In this document: one piece after another, positions 37,266 through 49,396 of the stretch
Position numbering within the stretch: the first letter of the stretch is position 1
Layout: the number at the start of each line of letters is the position of its first letter
Origin: Antechinus flavipes
Taxonomy: Eukaryota
Direction of reading: 5' to 3'
DNA: 64,000 bases
NCBI RefSeq assembly: GCF_016432865.1
Contig: NC_067399.1
Coordinates: forward strand, 158,534,001 to 158,598,000
Translations under genes and position numbers: made by a program
The notes under the pieces: model-generated
Told to the model about the DNA's origin: nothing
Databases searched by the model: none
Seen by the model: the letters and a program-made list of their open reading frames with translations, nothing else

Positions 37266-38910
37266 TTTGGAAAGTGCTGAGGTTGTAGGCAAAAATTTAT
37301 GATCTTGGAGCTCCTCTTAAGATTGAACCTGATTAATGTAAACCCAGAGATTATATCATTGTTCTTTAGAACTGCTAGTTTATTCTCATTCCCATTGATT
37401 GCAACATGCTTTCCCTCTTACCTGTATTGCTCTCTTTCTGACAGAAAATATAGGGAGGAGATGAGGAGTGTGTGTGTGTATATGTGCATGCACTCAGGAT
37501 AGTATGTTTTCTTGGTTACCTCACTTATGTGATTCATGGGACCAGGAAGCTATAGTCCTGAGTCACTTAGCATCAAATGTTAGAACTAAAAGTAATCTTA
37601 GAGACCATCTAGTACAACTCCTTTATTCTGTGTATGAAAACACTGAGGGCCAGAAATATTCATAAGTTACTCAGTTACATAGCTAGTGGCCGACAGAGAC
37701 AGAACTAGAACTCATTTGCAGGGGGCCCTGTAAGAAGATGGGGATAGTCCCCAGTCCTCCTGTCCTAGCTAATGTCTTTGAAGGAAGGCTCTCCCCCTGT
37801 CCCTCAGGACTGTAGATTGACCCAAGTTATTTTTCCTGGGTAAATCAATTTCATTTATCTGAACTTCTATTCCCTCTTCTGTAGAAAGAGGATATTAAAT
37901 TATGTACTTTACAAGTTTGGGAGAAAGCCACTGTATAAGATCTTAAATATAGAACTATGAGCTAATCTATTTCTCTAACAAGAGTAGCCTTCTTTGAATA
38001 ATACGATAAATAATGCCATTGGTGATTTCCATACAATAAAGATCCTCACCAAACTACTTAATATTTGAAAGATTTTCAGGAAGAATTCTAGATTATTTTG
38101 TTGATTTCATTTTAATACGTAGGGAAATAGAAACAAGGACAGAGTGCCACAACTTCAGAGTTCACTGGTAGCACAGAGCCATATTTCAGGGTCTTGAATC
38201 CATATTGCTATATTCCCTTTAGTAATATAACTATGGCCTGCTGTTAACTGGCTAGAAGTTATAGAATACTGTAATTTATTCTAGTAAAGTACCTTTTCTC
38301 CCACCATCCCCCAAAATATTGAGTCTGACATGAAAGTCACCTCAATCTGTTAAATATAGGATGGTAATCATTTGATGATAGGCAAATCCCTTCTTTTTTA
38401 TGTTTTTTTTTCATCTGTAGATTAAAAAGTATGGATCAGATGACCTCCAAGGAACCTTTTAATGATCTATGATTCTAAATAATACTGGGTAGTAGTGAGA
38501 AATCAATACATCAAAGGTCAAACAGATAAATTGATCAGTATTAGAATAGAGGCACAAAAATATGATTCATATTACGATTTCAAAGTAAGAGTTTTAAAAA
38601 GTATGGACCCAGGACCAAATTGATTACACCAATATTTCTTTGTCACTCAAACCAATGATGGCCCCCTCATCAAGAAAAGATGTCCACATGGCTGGTACAT
38701 CCAAATGGCATTGCTCTGCAACATTAGAATATGCTATTTCAAAAGAAAAGACATTCTTATTCGCTAACGCACTCATGAATTTATTAGACATTTTGACTAA
38801 CAAAACAAAAGTTGTTTTGTCTTATATAGATAGAAATTTGATCTCATCATACGAATCTGAATATTCCCAGTTTGTCCATAATAATTTGTTTGAATTGATT
38901 GATTTGTTAG

Positions 38911-39016
38911 GATGCATTTTCTGTGGGTCTTTCATATTCTTATCATTTCCCTGTTATTTCACTTGAGGAACAGTGTTATACAAATAGCAAATTTTGGAGG
39001 TATTTTGAAGGTTCGG
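38911..39016 (+). other. Candidate internal exon of the plus-strand transcript (106 nt)
   Basis: ttag|GAT...TCGG|GTATGG; two frames open; acceptor pyrimidine tract is weak. Confidence 0.25.
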
Positions 39017-39032
39017 GTATGGATTCTGTCGA

Positions 39033-39270
39033 ACAGTAGATAGAATGTTGGGCTTGGAGTAGGAAAGGCTCATCTTCCTGAGTTTAAATCTGGCCTCAAA
39101 TACTTCCTAGATGCATGATCCTGGGCAAGTCACTCCATCCCGTTTACTTTAGTTTCCTCATCTATAAAAATGAGCTAGAAAAGGAAAGGGCAAACTACTA
39201 CAATATCTTTGCCAAGAAAACCCTAAATGGGGTCACAGAGTCAGACATAATAGAAATAATTGAACAGCAA
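39033..39270 (+). mobile_element. Mar1-type CORE-SINE
   Basis: Core plus tail ctagaaaaggaaagggcaaactact...ctttgccaagaaaaccctaaatggggtcacagagtcagac. Confidence 0.8.
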
Positions 39271-40189
39271 CACAGTTTACTTAGAGTCCCTATTACTTTG
39301 TTAAATATAGGAACTGGAATGAATTGTGAAGTTTAAATTAGAAATTTGAACTGGATCAAATGATCAATTCTTGTCAAATGTGATTTAGAAAATATTTTTT
39401 GATTCCCCTTTTCATTAAGTTTGATTTGGATTCAAATTGTTTCAGTAGGTATTTCATCTAATTTTTTTTTTAAACTTTTGTTAAAAAAAAAAAAGACATG
39501 TAATTTGCTTTAGGCTTCAACAAATTCAAAATGGCTCATTCATCTTTTAGATAGTTCATTTTGCTTTATGTTCTGGGTTCAATTTACCATAGGAGCATGA
39601 CAAATTTCGACCTAATTTAGATTTACAGAATTAGAAAATTATATAATCTGAGAATTAGAAAAGCTCTTAGAGATAATTTAATCCAATGGTTTTCCATACA
39701 ATCTACATGGCATATATCAGTCCTTTTAGCCATCCTCAACCAGTCATTCAACAAGGGAGTGTGAAGGAAAGGGAATAAGTATTTATTAGTGCCTAGCATT
39801 GTACCAAGTACTTTACTGTTATAAGGGGCTAGTGGAAGTTGGATAACATAAATTTATAATAGATCTAGTCAGCACAGTTGTGTAATTTAGGATCTAGCTG
39901 TTTTACTTCTGTGGTTGAGAATAGAAAGTGTTAAGACTGTCAGATAGGATTTCCTTCTTCTAGTGAAAGTGAGTGAATTTCAAGAAAATCTAGCTCCCAA
40001 AGAAAAGAAAATTGGAAACTTGAAGTGTAATTATCTCCTGGAAACATTAAAAAAAAAAAAAGAAAGGAAAGTTAGAGAAGATGTAAATCTGGCTTTTCCA
40101 TTTTAGTGAAAGGATAGGATTAGTTTTTAAGACTCTGTAATCTTGTATGCATATTTTCTCCCCCACCCCCTTAAACCCACCTGTGTACT

Positions 40190-40815
40190 GGTCATAAAAG
40201 CCTTAAAAGAAGTAATAATAGCTAGCATATTTATAGGTTTGCAAAAACTCACAACAAACAACCCTGGGAGGAAAGTGCTTTTATGCAGATGCTTTCCAGA
40301 TGTGGAAACTGAGGAAAACAGACGATAAATATCTTGCCTAGTGGCTGGATTTGAATTCTTCTTCCTGATTTCAGGCAGATTATTCTATCCATTTTACCAC
40401 TAGTTGTTTTAGTTAACAAGAGAGATGACTTGACACATTCTTAGAGTGGCAAGACGTTTTTTTAGAATGCAATTCTCTTGACTTCCTCCATCCCCAATTT
40501 TCCAAAAAAGTTATAGAATTTTAGAAGTCTTAGAGAGTATCTTGTCCATTCATTTTATAAAGAAATTTGTTGTTTTGCAATTGAGTTTGACTCTTCAAGA
40601 ATCTATTTGGGACTTTCTTGGCAAAGATACTGGAATGTTTTGCCATTTCCTTCTCCAACTCATTTTGTAGATAAGGCAACTGAGGCAAGCAGGATTAAGT
40701 GACTTGCCCAGAGTGACACAGTTACTAAGTGTCTGAGGCCCGATTTAAACTCAGGAAGATGAGTCTTCCTCACTCTAAGTCTGTTTCTTTATCTAGTTTG
40801 CCACCTAGTTGCCCA
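40190..40815 (-). mobile_element. MIR (about 40190-40410) and Mar1-type SINE (about 40565-40815)
   Basis: gatgtggaaactgagg; ttgggactttcttggcaaagatactggaatgttttgccatttccttctcc. Confidence 0.75.
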
Positions 40816-42568
40816 AATAAAGAAAAAAATATCCCCTAAAAGTGAAGCAGCTTGCTTAAGTTTAATCTGCTAGTTGTGAAACAGTCCAAACCTTATGGGG
40901 CCTTTCTTGAACAAAAAAAATCTTCCACTGTGCCCTAAACACAATGAGTTTAGTATTGTTCTAATTAGCATTTTTATAAACAACGCTGCCCCCCCCCAAC
41001 AAACCAAACCCCCAAACCTTTTAAAAGTGTTGCAAAGAGAACGTTTTTATTGTTTAATATTGTTGAGATTCCAGACCTTATCTTAACTGGAACCAGTCTT
41101 CCACATCATTTCCAGGTTACCTTGTTGCTTCCAGTGGGACCATTCCTTCTCTCACTGAGGAAATATCTGGTTTTACTCCATCTTGCCCCAACCATGTCTT
41201 TATATCACTTCCTGGTCTTTTCCAAATGTTGCCATCATCCTATTTGCTCCTTCCCCTTTCTTCCAACCCCTTTTTATATTTCTCTTTATATGCATATATT
41301 CTGTCCCTTTAAGTTATAAGATTCTTGAGGTGGGGGACTGACTAGCTTTGTTGTGTGTATGGATAGATAGGTAACTAAAATGGATAGGTAGATAGGTAAC
41401 TAGATAGATAGATAGTCAATCTAAAGATAGAGATCTTTATCTCTAGTGCTTAGCACAGTGCCTGGCATATATAAACACTTCACAAATGGTTTACCATTCA
41501 TTCACTCAGGCTTACAATCAATAAGTGAGCAAAGTGCTTACTATGTTCCAGAGATTATGCTAAACACTAGAAATAAAAAAGACAAAAAAGGAATGAAATG
41601 GCTGGAAATTGGAGTGTGGAAAAGAACCAGAAAGATAGTTTAAGTGGCTATTTCCCAAATTCCATCTCTTAAAAACCTGTAGATCATGGCTCCAAGGTAT
41701 ACTTGGAAAAAGAAAACCAACATTATATTATTAGATTGTTAACTCCTTGAAGGCAGGAAATATTTTTTGTATTCACACTTCTTAGCATAGTGCCTGGCAC
41801 ATAGTAAGTACTTAATAAATGTTTATTGACTGACAATACAGTATTCTAACAGCAAGTCTCAGGTTGAGCAACAACATTATCACTTTGGTTAGATTTCAGC
41901 ATTTTCTGGAAGGAGAGATTAGGTGGAGTACAGATAGAGAATTTGAATAAATGCTTTTGGGATTGGGTGGGACTGTGGGGAGAAAACAATGTTGGAGGTA
42001 TAGTTATCAGTTCAAAATATGAATGGTGAAATGTGAACTATAATCTACTGACTCCTTGTCTAGGACCATTTCCTGCATAATAGGAGTTTGAGAACTGACT
42101 AGCATTTTGGGATTTGTAGATAAGAGGGACAAACATTCCCTCTGTATCTGAGAGTGATTTAAGAATCTCTTTGAACTTGAAAGGAAATTTGAGTTGTGAT
42201 TTCTTAAAGGAACACTCACAGTGGGTAAGATAAATCAAAAAGAAGGAGTGAAAAGCATTAGAATTGAGCTGCAGTAACAGTGAGGAGAGGGTTCCCTCAG
42301 CCCTGCCTCAAACTTAACCAATTGAGCTAGAAAGAATTGGGCACAGAGGCAATAACTAGAGGGGGGAAATGAAAAGGAGAAAGCAGAAGGAGGGCCTAAC
42401 CTGGGCCAAGAAAGGAAGAATGAGTCCTGCAAGTATCTTACAGCAGAGTATTCAGATGGAAGCTGTTGGTTGTCTTCATCTTTTTAAGTCTGCTCTTTCA
42501 CCAGATTCCCTTCTTTATGCCTGTCTAGTAATACATACTGTAATTGGATAGAATGTTGGACTTGGAAT

Positions 42569-43270
42569 TGAAGAGGGGACCCCAGAACTCTGTAAATCCT
42601 TGAAGGAGAAAATCTCCTTCAACTCTGTTTCATTAAGGGACACTGCCCCAAGTCTTTTTCCTTTAAATGAATTTAAGTTTTGACTGTTTGAGGGGGGAAT
42701 GAAGAGGGAACCCCAAAACTGAAAATCCTTAAAGGAGAAAACCTCCTTCAACTCTGCCTCAATGAGGCGATTCCATCCCAAGCACAAAGAGTTTCATCTT
42801 TGTTATCTGGGTGGGGTCAGCTCAGTCCCAAAATCCATTGAATTCAATTCAAATTCTAGCCCTAGCTGAAACCCAGTGAGGAGCCAACTGGCTCCACCCA
42901 CGAGCCCTCTTCAGCTTGTAGCCAAAACCCCTTATTATAAAAGAGCCAAACTAAAACCCTCTTTTTGCAGAGGTTCCAAACATGCCAACCTTATGCTTGG
43001 CAAGCCAAGGGTCTCTGCCCACTGGAATACTGTTTCCAGTGCCCTCTTCTTTTTACTCATACCTATTTCCTTAACTAGATTTACTAACCTTATTTCCAAT
43101 CCCCATAATAAACCTCTTTTTATCAATCTAGGTTTTCGGGTCTGTAAATTCTTTTGCAGAGAACTGCTTGTGCTGCTAGAAGGGAGTTTCCCAGAACTCC
43201 CAACCCTTGTGCTGCTACTAGATCTTGTTTAATTCCCTGACCACCAGAAACCCAAATGCAAACCTCATCA
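42569..43270 (+). mobile_element. ERV solo LTR (702 bp) inserted into a MIR
   Basis: Imperfect inverted termini TGAAGAGG...CCTCATCA, GAAT target-site duplication (42565-42568 and 43271-43274), TATAAAA 42936, AATAAA 43107; the MIR halves rejoin across it. Confidence 0.85.
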
Positions 43271-45800
43271 GAATCAGATCTAAATTCAGGTCTTGCTTTA
43301 GACTCTTATTAATTATTATAATTATACTTAACCTCTTTGTCTCAGTTTCCTCAGCTTCATTTGGTAAACTAATAATAGCTCCCACTTCACAGGGTTGTTG
43401 TGAGGGTAAAATGAATTTATGTAGTAAAGAATGATTTGCAAAATTTCAAGTTCTCTATACATGCTATTATTATTAATAATAATGATACTGCCCTCTTTTC
43501 TTTATCTTGTCTTTTTTTTTTATCTTGATTTTTGTTTTAAATATAAAGAAGCCAGGAATTATCTAGAAATACTTAAAACTTTAATTTACCACAGAGAGCC
43601 AAATTGTCTGAATGTTTGGAATTCCCCTAATTGGGAAACTCTCACTTTTTGTCTGATATAAACTTCATTTAATAGCAGACAGAGGATATGGAATGTTATA
43701 TCATTGCTGCTAGGCTAAAGGCAGCTAATTGTAATAGATTATAGGTAATTAATCTCTAGGATCAAAGGTGAAAAAGGAAAGAGAGCCACATGGAAACAGA
43801 TGAAGTCTAAATGAGATTCAGCTCTGCCCTTCCAGAAGGGAAGAGAAAGCATATCACTCCTCTTCTGTGCTATACTAGTATTCCCAATAGATTCCTATTT
43901 GTGCCATTATTGTCTGAGCCTTCTTTAGTTGTTTGTATTTTGTTATTATAAAATAGTACTGATAATTTGGCTATAGCTCATCTAGTAGTGATATCAGAAC
44001 ACAAAAGATTTACTTTTGAACAATATATATTTATTCTTCACTATCATAACAAAGAGTTTGTGATTTCTTCAATATGGTGAATTCCTTCAACTTCCTTTAG
44101 GGAGAAACCTAGGAAGTTGCCTGAAGCTCATGGACTTTAAAATAATTGTCAAATTGAGTAGGGTTTGAATTACCCTACCACACTGTTAACTTTTTTCTTC
44201 ACAATCATAAAAGATATATAAATATCAGCGAGGTTCACTATGCTTGAGATATATTCATTTGTACATGGTTTTAAGTTCTTCAATTTCATTGAGACTTCAT
44301 TGAGAGAACCTTCTAATAGAACCTTTCTGAACATTTATTGAATTAGGATCAATTAATAAACCCATGAGCAGTGACTCATTGCATGTATATAGCGTGGTTG
44401 GGGGTGGATGTCAGAAAGTATTTTTTTTTTTTAATTCCTCTGGAGGGTGAAGATAAATGTCAACATTAGAGCAGATTTGTAAGAGGGGTAAGGAAAAACA
44501 ATTGGGTTCCAAGTCTAGTGGACCCATTTCCTAGTCTAATTTCTATTTCTCTTCTGCATTTACAAGAGTTGAGAGTATAATTCATAGAATTATGTGATAC
44601 TAGTGATGAAAGTTGTCTTGAAATCATCCAGATTAGCCCTTAAATAGTAGAGGAATTGGAATGGTGGAAGGAATTCTCCAAGGTCGCACAAGCAGTAAGC
44701 GGCAGATAATTTATCTGTGATTAGCATAGTGCCCGGCACATAGTAGATACTTAATAAATGTTTATTGACTATTGAAATCCAGGACTTTGACCAGGCTGTT
44801 TGGTTTCAAGTCTAGCTCTTTCCACTCTACAGCAACTGTCTTCCTAGCTTTCATTTTCTTTAGAGGTAAAGTGAAAGGTATGAACTAAATGATCTTGTAG
44901 ACTAAAATTCTTATTCTAACCAAACTGAGCCTGGCTTTCCCTGTTTCCCAACTTATCATCAAACCTGTCAGAATGGTAGAACCCAAGTCTTTTAGGATCT
45001 TGTTTACTGTATGATACAATGTAAAGAATAATCATTTTTTTAGTTACATTCTCGCACTCCAACTCTGCGAATTATATTGCAATAGCAAAAACCAAACAAC
45101 AAACTTCCTAAAGGCCATCTTTCTGGTGGTGAATCCTTCTGCATTTAGGCTGTTCCTCACATAGTAGAGAAAGTTTGTAGCTGGTACTCTACTCAGACTG
45201 TGACTGTTGTTCCGGTGTTTTTAGTGATGTCTGATTCTTTGTAACCCTATTTGGGGTTTTTGTAACACTAGAGTGTTTTTGCCATTTCTTTAACTTGAGT
45301 GACTTGACCAGACAGAAGTCTTCCTGACTTCAAACCCAGCAATCTATTTATTGGATTACCTAGCCACCCTTAGAATTGCCACTAGCTTTACCCCAAAAAG
45401 TTGGCATAGGGATGGGGCATACTGACACTCCACCAACGGAGCCTTCAGTTACTCAGAATGATTTCCACACTTGATGACACACCAGAGTATGATTTTTGTA
45501 GTATAAATATTACCTTTTTTTTTTTTTTTTTTTTTTTTTTTTGACAGAGGAGAATTCCAAGGTACATGGAGGACTCTATTTAGGAAGTAGCAAAATTGGG
45601 CTGCCAGTGCAAGAAGTATTCTTTCCATTACACAGTACTTACTCTTCACTATGCATTACAGATATATCTATTATGAAATGAGAACAGTAACATTGGATGG
45701 GAGTTGGGAGTGGAGAATAGAAAACTTCTAAAATTTGTATGTGAAACCTGTGGTACACAAAGTCCCGCTAGGATTCTGGGCTCTCATGGATCAAGTTAGT

Positions 45801-45990
45801 CAGGGGTCCTCAAACTTTTTAAATAGGGGGCCAGTTCACTGTCCCTCAGATTGTTGGAGGGCCAGACTATAATAAAAACAAAAACTTTGTTTTGTGAGCC
45901 TTTAAATAAAGAAACTTCATATCCCTGGGTGAGGGGGATAATTGTCCTCAGCTGCCACCTGGCCTGCAGACCATAGTTTGAGGACCCCTG
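45801..45990. mobile_element. 190-bp non-autonomous hAT MITE, OC1 (OposCharlie1)/Myotis hAT1-like
   Basis: Perfect 16-bp TIRs CAGGGGTCCTCAAACT...AGTTTGAGGACCCCTG; subterminal ttttaaatagggggccagttcactgtccctcag recalled as OC1-family; 8-bp TSD not evident. Confidence 0.8.
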
Positions 45991-46263
45991 GATAGAAACT
46001 AATCTTCCTAAAGATCATTTTCTCTCAGTATTTTTTCCTGGCCTAAAGTTAATTTAAGAAAAATATCCTAATTGTAGCTCTAATGTATGGGATGTCTTAT
46101 TTTTCTCAAATATGGGCAATAAGGTCCTTGACTCCTAAATAGACTCCTGACTATTCAATATTTTTTTAAAATTTTACTCCATGGAGAATACAAAAGATGC
46201 TCAGGAGTAATGTTGTCATTCAGATAAAGAAATATAAGCCCTTAGTATCTCAACTTTTCCCAG

Positions 46264-46309
46264 AAGGGAATTGAATTAAGTGTTATTAATGGGACAACCC
46301 TTCATCCTG
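46264..46309 (+). other. Candidate 46-nt internal exon (KGIELSVINGTTLHP-G)
   Basis: Acceptor aacttttcccag|A, consensus donor CTG|GTGAGT; only one frame is open. Confidence 0.4.
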
Positions 46310-46579
46310 GTGAGTTTCTCTTTTCCGTGGAGTTCTCCACAGTCTCCACAAGACTTAATAACATCTTGATGTTTAGACTCCATCTAAAAGTCAACTTACT
46401 TTGAAATTTGCTGAGTAAACACATCTCTTTTCATCAGAAACACTGATGAGTATCAAGTATACTGTCCAAACCACTGGCTTTGCTTTCCAAGTAGGATGTT
46501 GTGCAGGAACCATAAAGACTGTCTTCTTCTTTATTCAAGGAGCATTTTGAATCAAAAAATCTTCACGTTAAAACAAGGA

Positions 46580-46778
46580 ATTTTTAACTTTTTTGTGCCT
46601 TTGGCATTCTCCTTTTCCTAATTGTTTATAAATTATTGGAAAACATGCTAAATTCCTGCCAAAAAATAGTGAAAATTTAGATGCAATCTTTAATCTCCAA
46701 CTAATTTTCATGAACCCTCTAAAAATTATCAACAGGCCTCTTCAAGATCTTTGGACCCTGAAATAAGAACTCCTGCTG
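46580..46778. mobile_element. Old hAT-Charlie/MER5-like remnant
   Basis: Right end ggaccctgaaataagaactcctg resembles a Charlie-type TIR. Confidence 0.4.
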
Positions 46779-48379
46779 TAGAATATTTGGTATCCAAACT
46801 CAGGAACTCTCAAATTGGTCCTATACCCATGAAGGAACTCTCAAAGGTGTTATTGCCAAGGATATGTCCCTGTTATTGCTAAAAGGCTTTCAGGTATTGT
46901 TCTTGAGCTCTTCCCTCAAGCTGTGATTCTCAGGCAAATACCCTCTACTTCCATATGCTCCTGTTGTAAGTTGCCATTATTGTTTCTTTAAAAGGGACAA
47001 TATTCTTAAATTGGTCTTGTGATATGATAACTTAGAATGCAGAAAATGTGACTTTGCCTTCAATTCTCAGGATAGGAGCCTCAGGCTACAGATTTGGGTT
47101 TGCTTATATATTTGCCATGGCTAGAATGAAAATAGTGGAGGGAAATGCATACAGATTTTTTTTTTTTTTGGTAATAGTGAAGTAGCCCTTCTACAGTTGT
47201 TTCTCTTCCTGGCTCTCTGACAGACCAAGACCTATTTTGTGGTCTTTCTGAAGACCTTTGGCCAGAGCAGGCCACATCTTCTTTCACTTTCTTTTAGGCC
47301 ATTGATATGTGGGGGTGTATAGACTTTTTTCTTCCCTTGCTCCTTCTCTTTTTTGTATTTGACCTTGTGACTTTATATCAAATAAATCTATTGTGTCCCC
47401 AGGAAAAGTGTCAATTTGTAATAATATAATTCTATTTTATTTGAATAATGCTTATCTTCTCAATTTAAAAGTCATTTTAGATAGATTTATATACCTGTAT
47501 TGAACTAGATTTTTTCTGAAAGTTCCTATGTTCATTAGTTTTTATTAAATATTAAAAGTTGTATCTATTTTATTGGGTGAGATTCAGTTCCTCACAATTC
47601 TATCAGCTACTCGTTCAAGATCAGGAAAATTGCTGACTGGGAAGGGGAATAAAACTGAGTTTTGATAGCTCCTTCCAGAGAAATATTAATGTACTCCTCT
47701 GACTTGCCAGGTGACAGTTCTCTGCTATAGGACTCCTGGCCTATAATGTCCAAGATTGGACCTTAGTTCTTCATCCATTATGGCTGCTAATTCCTCTATT
47801 CTTCCCCAGTCCCAGATTTTGGGGGGTCTAAAGCAAACCAGACAGCAAACCCAAAAGAAAAGATCAACTTTGACTTTTCTTCTGTTATATTTTTCATAAA
47901 ATTAAATGTGGTGGGAGCAAGAAGATCAGACTGACTGCAATAGGTTAATTGTCAAATATTAGGATTTTCACTTACTTATTTTTAGTAATATCTTAATGGG
48001 TCTTTCCCTCCACTTCTCAGTAATACCCCCTTTTCAGGGCCAATATCATTCCTGCCTTCTTTTTTGTCCATTTCTATTCGCAGGAGAGGATGGTTGCTAT
48101 CTTAGTATACCAATTCCCCCAGTTTCTCTCTCAGGGATTCAGTACTGTGTGTTTAAATCTTATCTGCAATGGAAGAATATTAAGGAAATTTTCTTCAAAG
48201 GGGAGGAATAGATTCCTGAAATAAAACTATAATCTGGCTATGTTTAAAAATCAGCCCTATTTTTTTCTCACTCCTCAGATAGTTATATTGAGATGTATTG
48301 CTCTGATTGGGTCAATTAATTTGTTTCAGTTTACTCAGCTGTAACATGACAGGACTGGACAGAATGATGACTTTTCTAG

Positions 48380-48860
48380 TCAGCTGGTGTAGCAGATAGA
48401 GCACTGGTCCTGGAGGCAGGAAGTTGTTGTTATTTGGTTGTTTGTTATGTATGACTCTTTGTGACCCTATTTGGGGGAGATACTGGAGCATTTTGCCATT
48501 TCCTTCTGCAGCTCAGTTTTCAGATGAAGAAACTGAGGCAAACAGAGGTAAGTGATTTGCCCAGAGTCACCTGGCTATTGTTAGGAGCTGGATTTGAACT
48601 TAGGGAAATGAGTTCCTTCCCGACTCTAGGTCTGGCATTCTATATCCTATTGTACTACCTAGCTGCCCCAGTCAGGAAATCAGGAAAGGGGGGACTCAAA
48701 TAAAACCTCAGATAGCTTCTACCTATGTGACCTTGGGTAATCACTTAACTCTGCTTGCCACAGTTTCATTAATTATAAAATGAAGATAAGACTTTTGGGA
48801 GGTCAAATGAGACATTTACAAAGCATTTAGTGCCTGGCACGTAGTAGATGATTTTATTAT
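48380..48860. mobile_element. Mar1-type SINE (- strand, about 48420-48670) nested in a plus-strand CORE-SINE
   Basis: gatactggagcattttgccatttccttct...gatgaagaaactgaggc...ctagctgcccc, flanked by the two halves of another SINE. Confidence 0.7.
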
Positions 48861-49277
48861 TCCAGTTCTAAATCTATACTTCTGTGAAATAGCTGAGCTG
48901 CTGTTTTTTTTTTTTTTTTTTTTTTTTAGTGTCTAGAATGGACACTAAGCCTAGACTGTCCCAAAAACTACCCTAGCTTTCTTCCCCAACTTCCAATTTC
49001 TTCAGAGCTCTCTGTTTTAGACCCACCTCCAATGCTGGAATAGAACTAAGTCCGAGATATTGAGAGCATCTTGATTTTTTGCCACTAAAATTTATTCTCA
49101 CTATCAGTGTTTTCTACACTTTGAGTTGCTGAGACCAATGAACTAACTTGAAACAAATTCATGAAATCTTAAGAAGTATCTCTGCTCTGTGGGTTGCCTA
49201 GAATATCCATCATTGTAAAAGTCACATCTGTTGTTGTCTAATCTGGTTTTTCTTGATGCTTTCCCTACACATAGCAG

Positions 49278-49396
49278 GTTCTCATTTCAAGATTGTTGAT
49301 ACAGATGGTGATGAGTTCATCAAGTTAGAAGCTCTCATTGAATCCAGATTTGAGATGAGCATGTGGCACAGAGCCATGAGAACAGACTTACTATGA
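49278..49396 (+). other. Candidate terminal coding exon of the plus-strand transcript (GSHFKIVDTDGDEFIKLEALIESRFEMSMWHRAMRTDLL*)
   Basis: Pyrimidine tract plus NAGNAG acceptor (tag 49274, cag 49277); frame open for 38 codons in the phase needed after the 46-nt exon. Confidence 0.3.
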
